A stretch of 64,000 nucleotides of DNA from Candidatus Bathyarchaeota archaeon (GTDB taxonomy: Archaea > Thermoproteota > Bathyarchaeia > Bathyarchaeales > Bathycorpusculaceae): positions 608,001-672,000 of the forward strand of contig CAWHVC010000001.1 of the NCBI GenBank assembly GCA_963832745.1, read 5' to 3'. Position 1 is the first letter of the stretch, and each line of letters opens with the position of its first letter. A program made the position numbers and the translations under genes. The notes below the pieces were generated by a model that saw nothing but the letters and a program-made list of their open reading frames with translations, was not told the origin of the DNA and searched no databases. Of the stretch, positions 9,981 to 18,647 are shown piece by piece.

Positions 9981-10930
9981 AGGTTTACGTTAAAACTCCA
10001 TCACGACTACACCTTGGATTAATAGACTTAAACGGGAACCTTGGCAGAATGTTCGGCGGTTTAGGCGTCGGCATTGACCAGCCAAACATCATCATCCAAG
10101 CAGAATCTTCATCCGCACTAAAAGTTACCGGCAAAGAAACCAAGTTAGCCACCACACTTGCAAACCGCTTCTTCAAAACTTACCAAACAAAACCCAACGT
10201 ACACATCCACATAAAAGAAGCAATCCCAACCCACAGCGGTCTTGGCTCAGGCACCCAAATGGCACTTGCAATCGCCACAGCTCTCGGAAAACTGAACGAC
10301 ATAAAAGCCACAACGCCACAACTGGCTCTCGCCATGGGACGAGCAAAACGCACCGGCGTAGGTACTGCCATTTTCCAAGGCGGCGGCTTTGTGGTTGACG
10401 GAGGCAAAAAAACAGGCGAAAACGCAGGTTTTCCTTCGTTGATTTATCGGCAACCTTTCCCTGACGAATGGCGTTTTGTAATTGCAGTACCTAATGTTAA
10501 GAAAGGGCTATGTAATTCTGAGGAAACCTCCGCTTTTAACAAGCTGCCACCCATGCAGGAGGGAGAAGTAGCAAAAATTTGCCGCTTAACAATGCTTAAA
10601 CTGTTGCCTGCGCTTGCAGAGAAAGACATTGAAAGCTTCGGTGAAGCTTTAACGGCAATTCAAATTGTCACAGGCAACTATTTTGCCCACGTACAAGGGG
10701 GAACATACTCGAACAGGGAAGTCGCTGACACTTTAGAGTTCATTAAGGGTTTGGGCGTTCACGGGTTTGGTCAAAGTTCTTGGGGTCCAGCGGTTTACGG
10801 CGTCGTAAAAGAAGACCAATCCAAAGAGGCACTTAAAAAAGTTAAAACGTATCTTGCCCAAGGCGTCGGCGGAGAAGCTTTCGTAGCAAAAGCAAGCAAT
10901 AAGGGTGCAACAATCAAAATAACAAATTGA
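9977..10930 (+). CDS. mptG: Beta-ribofuranosylaminobenzene 5'-phosphate (beta-RFAP) synthase, GHMP fold
   Basis: TPSRLHLGLIDL, HSGLGSGTQ, GGFVVDGG, GQSSWGP. Confidence 0.9.
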   Translation: MKVYVKTPSRLHLGLIDLNGNLGRMFGGLGVGIDQPNIIIQAESSSALKVTGKETKLATTLANRFFKTYQTKPNVHIHIKEAIPTHSGLGSGTQMALAIATALGKLNDIKATTPQLALAMGRAKRTGVGTAIFQGGGFVVDGGKKTGENAGFPSLIYRQPFPDEWRFVIAVPNVKKGLCNSEETSAFNKLPPMQEGEVAKICRLTMLKLLPALAEKDIESFGEALTAIQIVTGNYFAHVQGGTYSNREVADTLEFIKGLGVHGFGQSSWGPAVYGVVKEDQSKEALKKVKTYLAQGVGGEAFVAKASNKGATIKITN

Positions 10931-10934
10931 ACGT

Positions 10935-12508
10935 GTGGTAAATTTGAAGGTTCTCTTAGTTACTGGCAGACTCGCGGAAGAAATGGTAAAAGGCTATGCA
11001 CTACAAGCACCTGTGGAAACTAAGGTTGTTGCACTAAATTATCCAGTTGCAGCCTTTCTAAATTCTGAAACAATCACAGCAGGCTTAAAAAACTGTAACC
11101 TGAAAGACGTTGACATGATTCTTACGCCCGGGTTAAGCCGTGGAGATACCAAAACCATTGCTGATTCGCTTGGTGTGCCAACGTTTAAGGGTCCAAGATA
11201 CGCCGCTGACCTGCCAACCGTGCTTGAAGTCATAGGCAAAGTCCAACTTTCAACTACCATACCCGCCTGCGACTTACTCCGAGACATCCTCACCGAGAAA
11301 GCATTAAAAGAAATTGAAAAAGCCGAACAAAACCGCGAAGAACTCATAAAACAGCCCGGCAGTATGCTGATTAAGAATTTAGCTGTTGGCAAGGACTTTC
11401 CAATGCGGGTTATGGCTGAAATCGTTGATGCAGCATTAATGGAAGATGAAGAGATTCAGTTTTTAGCTAAAAAATTCGCTTCAGAGGGAGCACACATAAT
11501 TGACGTGGGCATGATTGCAGGCAAGAGTGACCCTGAAACTGCTAAACGCATCGTCAAAGCCGTTAAAGCAGTGGTTGATATGCCAGTGAGCATTGACACG
11601 TTAAACCCTGAAGAAATCCATGCAGCAGTAGAGGCAGGGGCAGATTTGATTTTGAGTTTGGATGCGGGAAACATTGACAAACTTGCCGCCTTCGCCAAAG
11701 ATGTGCCTGTTGTGATTATTCCAACTAACCAGAGTGAAGGCTACTTCCCAAAGAAAGCCAGTGAACGCGTACAATTAATCGAAGAATTAATTGCTAAAGC
11801 CAAAAAACTTGGGTTCAACAAGATTCTTGCTGACCTGATTTTGGAGCCTTCAAACGTGCTGGAATCTTTCATTGCGTTTAAGGATTTTGGCGCAAGAACA
11901 TCCCAACGTGCCATTATTTGTTGGAGTAGCCAACGTTACCGAACTTTTTGACGCAGACTCCGTCGGCTTAAACGCGTTACTTGCAAGACTCTCCGCTGAA
12001 GTTAATGCAAGCATAATGCTGGCAACTGAGAAAAGCACCAAAGCAAAAGGAACCGTCAAAGAAGAAGTTGCCGCAGCAAAGATGATGTATCTTGCAAAAA
12101 AACGCGCTTCAGTGCCTAAGGATTTGGGCATCGATTTGCTTGTTTTGAAGGATAAGCGTTCACGCGAAGAACCATACAACCCGCGATTTAGAGCAGCAAA
12201 CAGATGGTCACAATTGCAGAAAGTGAAGGCTTGCCAGAGGAATTGGACAGCGCAGGAATGTTCAAAATCAGCCTCGACCGCAAAAACAACCTCATCGCAG
12301 CTGCATTGTCACGCGACACCACAATGGAAAAACCAATCAAAATCATCAAAGGAAAAACAGCAGAAGCACATCTACACTAAAATCGTCCAGATTGAGCTTA
12401 GTCACACGCTTAGACCATGCCGCTTACTTAGGAAGCGAAATTGCAAAAGCTGAAGTTGCCCTAAAAACAGGCAAAGAATACATTCAAGACAAAGAATTAT
12501 TCAAATAA
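10935..12508 (+). CDS. Dihydropteroate-synthase-like protein with DUF4346-type C-terminus; frameshifted in this sequence
   Basis: [68 protein letters not shown]; frame breaks near 11890 and 12180-12400. Confidence 0.8.
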
Positions 12509-12514
12509 AAAAGG

Positions 12515-13303
12515 TTAGGCGTAAGCCTTTTTCGCGTTTTCTTTTTCATTTATTGGCGTCTCAAAAGGTAGCAGCGACCGCTTTACTGCAACGATCAAAG
12601 GTACACCTATTATTACTGCTATTAAGACCATTAGCAGACGTTCGAATGGATAAGCATAAAATGCTAAAGTCCATGTTGCTGCAAACTGTTCAACAGTCCA
12701 GTTTCCTATAGGAGGACCAAGTATTAACTGGAAAAGCAAGTTTCCTGTAAGGTGCTGCAGCATTGTTCCAATGAAGACTAAAACAGCTAAACTTAGGGTT
12801 AAACGGGGAATGTTGAATTTTTTAATGTTGTCTACTGCCTTGGCTCTTAGAGGTGATATCAGGACAATTAAAGCCACGACATGAAGCCACACGAAAGGTA
12901 CAGCTAATGAACCTACTTGAACTGTCAATAAAGTGTATGGACTTACTAAGAAGATTCCGAGCAAAACAGCATACAAGATTGTAACCGGTATCCATTTGCG
13001 TTTAATTAACAAGCCCATGGCTACACAGTTAAGAAACGCTGGAAGGAAATCTAAGCCAAGGAAAAATAATGGTTTACCTAAAGCTGCTGCAGAGAAGGTT
13101 CCAATTATTACGCTTATACCACCAGCGAAGGGTCCTAAAAGGATACCTAAAAGTGGGGCTAAGGCGTCTGCGAATGAAAATGTTGCAGGCATGCCTATCA
13201 TTGGGCCGAGGGGAATATACCGTAATATTGCGTATAGTGCTGAGAATATTGCTATTAATGCAATGTATTTTGTAGCGAATTTTGGGGTAAGATTTAGTTT
13301 CAA
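12515..13303 (-). CDS. ECF transporter S component (vitamin/cofactor binding)
   Basis: IALIAIFSALY, APLLGILLGPFAG, multiple TMs, YPFER; probable TTG start at 13303 after GGAG. Confidence 0.75.
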   Translation of the reverse strand: MKLNLTPKFATKYIALIAIFSALYAILRYIPLGPMIGMPATFSFADALAPLLGILLGPFAGGISVIIGTFSAAALGKPLFFLGLDFLPAFLNCVAMGLLIKRKWIPVTILYAVLLGIFLVSPYTLLTVQVGSLAVPFVWLHVVALIVLISPLRAKAVDNIKKFNIPRLTLSLAVLVFIGTMLQHLTGNLLFQLILGPPIGNWTVEQFAATWTLAFYAYPFERLLMVLIAVIIGVPLIVAVKRSLLPFETPINEKENAKKAYA

Positions 13304-13514
13304 CTTTTGCTTCTCCCTTGTAAATCTTTGCAACGTTGTGTAAGTTTTTACATTGCATCATCGTATAAAAGATTTTCCAAACAAACCTGCCAGAAAAAAA
13401 CACGGAAAAGCGAAACAAAAATTCTCAAGAAAGCGTTTAAAACCTGTTTTTTTGGAAAAAACTTATATTCTGATACCTTACGATAAATAAAGGTAGAAAC
13501 GAGTTTTGGTTTAG

Positions 13515-14378
13515 ATGTCTTCTAGCAATTCTTCTCCACCTATTCTAGACAAAGATAGTTTAATCATAGTAGTCCCGCCAAAACTGTCACCGGACAGCCA
13601 ACCAAAAATTGAAGACTACACTCAACTACTTGAACAACTGGTAAAGCGACAAAAAAAACAATTAAAAGAAGCCGAAAGACTTGCAGCAATCGGGCAAACA
13701 GCAGGAATGGTTGGGCACGATATCCGCAATCCCTTACAAGCCATAATCTGTGAACTTTATTTGGCAAGGGTTGAAATACAGAATATGCCGCAGACCCAAA
13801 CAAAAAACGCCATTTACGAAAGCATAGCCTTCATTGAAGAACAAGTAAATTACATTAACAAAATAGTCAGCGACCTTCAAGATTACGCTAGACCCATTAG
13901 ACCCGAATTTAACGAAGTAAACGTCAGTGAAGTCGTTGAAGACTCAATCTCAACAACGGCATTCCCAAAAAACATCCACCTAAACGTACAGGCTGACAAA
14001 CAAATTCCCAAAGTAAAACTTGACCACATGCTGCTTAAACGGGTACTAGTAAATTTGATGACTAACTCTGTACAAGCTATGCCTAAAGGCGGCAAATTAA
14101 CCATAAAAACATTTATGGACGCTTGCAACGTAAAAATTTCTGTTGAAGATACCGGAATAGGAATTCCAAATGAAGTTAGGCACAAAATTTTTCAGCCGCT
14201 TATGACCACAAAATCGAAAGGTCAAGGCTTCGGGCTGGCAGTGGCTAAACGGTTGGTTGAAGCCCAAAATGGAACAATCAATTTTGAAAGTGAAAGAGGT
14301 GTCGGCACCAAATTCATGATTAGTTTTCCCTTAATATCAACGGGTAAGAACCTAAACCTGCTTGATTTCATGTGTTAA
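13515..14378 (+). CDS. Cytoplasmic sensor histidine kinase (HisKA + HATPase only)
   Basis: ERLAAIGQTAGMVGHDIRNPL H-box, NLMTNS, DTGIGI, TTKSKGQGFGL. Confidence 0.92.
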   Translation: MSSSNSSPPILDKDSLIIVVPPKLSPDSQPKIEDYTQLLEQLVKRQKKQLKEAERLAAIGQTAGMVGHDIRNPLQAIICELYLARVEIQNMPQTQTKNAIYESIAFIEEQVNYINKIVSDLQDYARPIRPEFNEVNVSEVVEDSISTTAFPKNIHLNVQADKQIPKVKLDHMLLKRVLVNLMTNSVQAMPKGGKLTIKTFMDACNVKISVEDTGIGIPNEVRHKIFQPLMTTKSKGQGFGLAVAKRLVEAQNGTINFESERGVGTKFMISFPLISTGKNLNLLDFMC

Positions 14379-14470
14379 TTTGTTAACTTAGTGCCTTAAC
14401 TAGTAACCGCTTGCATAACAAATCTTATATTTAAGTGGCAGTTATTTTTTTACTGGAGTTCTGAAATTTT

Positions 14471-15451
14471 ATGGCAGTAAAAGTAACGCCAGAATATATT
14501 GACCTTCTAAATCGAGCAGTCGAACGTGAAATACAAGTTTCAATTCAATACATTCTGCAGCATGGAAAAATGGAAAAACTCATTAAAAGAGTATTACCTG
14601 AAAACATTCTCTTGGACCAAACAACTTACGACGCAGTAGGAAAAATCCTTCGCGACCTTGCAATAGTGGAAATGAAACACGCCGCTGACATCATGGAACG
14701 CATATACTATCTTGGTGGACAAGCAACAACAAAAGCAAGTACACCAAAAATCGGCAACAGCATAAGCGAATTTGCCAAAAACGGCGTCCAAGCAGAAGAA
14801 GAAGCCCTGACTCTTTACCGAGAAATAATTCAAACTGCAGAACAAATCGGTGACAGAAAAACAAAGGTTATGTTTGAAAAGATCTACAGTGAAGAAGAAG
14901 AACACCTTTTCAAATTCCAAGAATATGCAAACTTCAAAGATGAAAAGGAAGAACCAAGCAATGTACCTTTAGATGAATGGAGAAAAATTTACACTGATGA
15001 CTATTTTGCATTATTAAACAAGGCAGTTGCCGCTGAAATTACGGGAATTATCCAGTACACAAACCAGCATGAAAAGCAAGCATTCCTTGAACTGAGAACT
15101 AAAAATACTCCGCTTGAAACCGTAAAAGACACAAACAAAACCAAAGTTGTCAGCGACATTCTCAAAGGCATCTTTATGCAGGAAATGGATCACCTAGAAA
15201 AAATCAGTGAACGCATCTACCTGCTTGAAGGCGAAGCCACATACAAACCAGATCCGCTGCCAGTAATCGGAGGAAACGCGGAGGACTTCTTGCGTTTAGA
15301 CCACAAACTTGAAGCTGATACTATTCAGCTTTACCGCCAAATTATTGCTGAAGCACTAAAACGCCAGGACACAACAACAAGACGAATGTTCGAAGACATC
15401 ATAATCCAAGAAGAAGAACACTACTGGACATTTGACGACTTCGTAAAATAA
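14471..15451 (+). CDS. Tandem two-domain ferritin/bacterioferritin-like protein
   Basis: Two repeats, each with LLN.AV..EI...IQY, EM.H...I.ERIY.L.G and EEEH. Confidence 0.88.
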   Translation: MAVKVTPEYIDLLNRAVEREIQVSIQYILQHGKMEKLIKRVLPENILLDQTTYDAVGKILRDLAIVEMKHAADIMERIYYLGGQATTKASTPKIGNSISEFAKNGVQAEEEALTLYREIIQTAEQIGDRKTKVMFEKIYSEEEEHLFKFQEYANFKDEKEEPSNVPLDEWRKIYTDDYFALLNKAVAAEITGIIQYTNQHEKQAFLELRTKNTPLETVKDTNKTKVVSDILKGIFMQEMDHLEKISERIYLLEGEATYKPDPLPVIGGNAEDFLRLDHKLEADTIQLYRQIIAEALKRQDTTTRRMFEDIIIQEEEHYWTFDDFVK

Positions 15452-15537
15452 AGCACACTATTTGTCATCAAGCTTAGGCTCAAAAAGCCTATTGCTTAAC
15501 TATTTTTTAATATATTTTTAATTTTTTGGTGCTATTC

Positions 15538-15592
15538 TGACCTGCCCACGAGATTCTGCATACAATCAATACAATCAATAGGTCCTAATAGG
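15538..15592 (-). repeat. Phased-YCTAT element, degenerate reverse-orientation copy
   Basis: Reverse strand CCTATTAGGACCTATTG...TATGCAGAATCTCGTGGGCAGGTC with an internal 9-bp duplication. Confidence 0.5.
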
Positions 15593-15682
15593 ATACAAGA
15601 ACGCTGGCAAAAACCCAAAATCAACAGTCTAAACGTATTCTTCAACCATAGAACCTACGACTTCTTGAAAAAAAGAGATTGT

Positions 15683-16081
15683 TTAAGCAGGCGCCACATG
15701 GAGGACGATCATGTTTTCAGTCGCTGAAAATATTGTGACTTTTAAACCAAATGGAGTGTATGTTGCACCTGCAAAGGCAGAATAGCTTAACGTTTGTCCT
15801 TCTGAAGATACCTGCAGTAAATTCGCTTGGCCACCAGAAACAAATCTAAATTCGTAATTTATGCTGTTTTGGGTATAGTTGACGGATTGGTATAAAGCGA
15901 AGGTTAAGACGGTATAATTTTCAGAATTTTTAGGTGATTCTGAGAAAAGATTAGGCAGTGATGTGACTATAAGGTAGAAAGCGGATGAAGCTATACTTAT
16001 CACGAGAATCAGGGAGATTATCTTTTTAATATTGGATGTTTTTTCAGGTAATTTTTGACTTCCACGCGAGAACCTAAGCAT
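15683..16081 (-). CDS. Hypothetical single-TM protein
   Basis: One hydrophobic segment followed by a small beta-rich domain; start uncertain. Confidence 0.65.
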   Translation of the reverse strand: MLRFSRGSQKLPEKTSNIKKIISLILVISIASSAFYLIVTSLPNLFSESPKNSENYTVLTFALYQSVNYTQNSINYEFRFVSGGQANLLQVSSEGQTLSYSAFAGATYTPFGLKVTIFSATENMIVLHVAPA

Positions 16082-16243
16082 TGTACTTTTCAACTTAATG
16101 GTTAAAAGCATAGTTAAAAAATAAAAAAGTATCCTCTGAACGCTCCCTGTTAAGCTTACGGTTCTTGTGTTGCCTGAAAGGTGAATGTCATCGCTTGAGT
16201 TACTACTTGCTTTGGATGTGACTTATGTTTCGATTCAGTGAAT

Positions 16244-16499
16244 GTATTCTCGTGATTCGTAATTGCTTGAGGGTACAACTATGGGACCCCTGAGCATCAC
16301 TGTCCATTATTCAGTGCGTAATCGGCGGTTTTTGTTGGTATCAATTTGTTGTTTTATTGTTTGCTTCATTTGTGAGCAGTAAAAATTATCTTAAAAGTTA
16401 TATTTTTAGTACCTATTTTCTTGCAAAGAATTCTTTACAAACTTGCCATGCCCAGTAAACCTCAATCGCTTACTGACTTTGCAAAAATCACGAGAATAC
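16244..16499. repeat. Perfect 14-bp inverted repeat pair bracketing ~230 bp of a divergent intergenic region
   Basis: GTATTCTCGTGATT (16244-16257) and AATCACGAGAATAC (16486-16499). Confidence 0.75.
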
Positions 16500-16558
16500 T
16501 TTTCAAAAATCAATAAATCGAATAGGGGTAGCTTGTTTGAACCCATGGAGAGAGAGAA

Positions 16559-18594
16559 TTGAAAAGAAAAACCAAAGCATTAGTCATCGCCACCATACTT
16601 ATCCCTCTAATAGTAAGTCTTATGGCTTCAACCGCAGGCTACGCAGCTAATACACAATCCGCAAACAAAGTGTTCATTGGTTTAAGCGGATATCCAACAA
16701 GCACATCTCAAATTGACAATATCATCGCAACAATGCAAGCAAATGGTATGAATACCTACCGCATGAGCTTCAACCCTACATGGGCTACTGGCTCACACGG
16801 ATACCATCAAGAATACATTCAATATTTCCTTGACCACAGCAACTTTAACATCATCGTAGACCGTAATCACCTGTATCCACCTACTGAAGCTTCTGCATCC
16901 ACCGCACGCAGCAACTGGGCAACTGTTGAAAGCAGCGTTTTTGCCGTGCTGAAAGCGTTCCCAAACAATCAACGTGTAATGGTGGAACTCATTAACGAGT
17001 ATGTTTCAAATGATTTCTACAGTCAGATGCAAAGCTTAGTTAATGATATCCGAGCGGAAGGTTACACAAATCCGATAGTAGTGGACAAATGGAACCAAGC
17101 GTGGACAGTAATAAATGACCCACTAGACAACACTTACCAAGGCTACCATTACTACTTTAACAGTTGGAGCGTATCTGGCGCAATCTCTCAAATGCAGACA
17201 GCACAATCTAAAGGCATCAAAATCATAAACACTGAAGTCGGCGCAGACTATAACGAACACAGCAGCTTCACTTCATCAACAGTCAGCGAACTAAACCAAT
17301 TCCTATCTCAATGCGCAAGCATGGGCATAGGCAACACTGTTTGGATGAACGAAAACCTAAACAACATGCCAACATACCAGCAACTTGGCCTAAAAATCCC
17401 ATCAGTTACAGCACCGACAAACCCATCAACTACACCTACGCCCACCCAGACACCTACACCGACTCCTACTCCGACATCAACTCCCCGAAAAAACCAACAA
17501 CAACTCCGACACCTACAGCCACCCCCCAACCAACTCAGACACCTACACCAATGCCAGAACTCGACTTCCCCACCCAAACCTGGCAAAGACTCTGGACAAC
17601 CCAAAACGGCCAATACTTAGGACAAACATATGAAACAGCACTGCAATTTGACACCAACTGGGGAAGCGGAACAGTAGCCTTTGACAAAACAGACGGCATA
17701 ATGTTTACTTCAAGCCGAACCATCACTTTAACAGAAGGTGCGTATACCTTCACCGTTGGCAGTGACGACGGCTTCAAACTCTACATTGACAATCAAATAG
17801 TAATGCAGAATTGGGCAGACCGATCATATAATACAAACAGCTACACAACAACCCTAACCTCAGGACAACACAAGTTCAGACTAGACTTTTTTGAAAACAG
17901 CGGTAACGCCAGGGTGTCCTTCGCATACCAAACGGAAGCAACTCCAACCCCAACTCCGAATCGACACCTACACCAACACAACCACCCAGCACAGGAAATA
18001 CAATCATTAACGAAGGGTTTGAATCAAACAACTTAGACAGCTGGAGCATAACAACTACAACCCATGATTCAATAATCACAGCCAACTTCGTTCCACAAGA
18101 GGGCAACTATCATGCACGCTTCTACACAAGCGGTTCTAGACGAGGAACCGAGAACGCGTTTCTAAGCAGCAACGTAAATCTTCAAACCGCTACAGCAACA
18201 GGACAATTCTATTTTAGCAGCTACCTAACAAAAACCATACTAGCCGACAACGGGGATAGAGTCAACCTAATACGCTTTGTCAACAGCAATGGAGACATCG
18301 CTTATGCAGGAATAATACGTGAAAATGGCGTCAACAAATGGTTACTCTACACAAACGGAGCCGTCAACCTACTCAGCAATAAACATCAACCTCGACAAAT
18401 ACTATACTGTATCGTTAAACTGGAATGCTGAACAACAAATAGCTGAAATGTACGTAAACGGCGTAAAAATTCTACAATCAAGCACCAGCAGCTACTCAGA
18501 AGTAACTAGAATCGACTTGGGGATAATATCTACCTACCGAGTGCAAAACCCACTAAACGTCTACGGCGACAACTTTAGCATAACAACAATCTAA
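16559..18594 (+). CDS. Secreted GH5-like (clan GH-A) glycoside hydrolase with Pro/Thr linkers, PA14 domain and C-terminal beta-sandwich; frameshifted in this sequence
   Basis: Signal peptide, NTYRMSF, ELINE (acid/base), GYHYY, NTEVG (nucleophile), PA14 SDDGFKLYID...FFENSGNA; frame breaks near 17485, 17960 and 18365. Confidence 0.75.
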
Positions 18595-18647
18595 AATTAA
18601 ATGCTGCTCCTAAAGAGCATGCATAAACCCTTTTTTCTCAAAATTTT

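Noticed and set aside
16170-16190. GCCTGAAAGG...GTGAA.GTCAT similarity between this region and the tfb leader
   Set aside because: Short, differently spaced and plausibly chance; no shared extended structure is visible.
17420-17550. Short tandem repeats (ACACCT/ACTCCG-like) as CRISPR or contingency repeats
   Set aside because: They encode the Pro/Thr linker of the GH5 protein and vary at synonymous positions.
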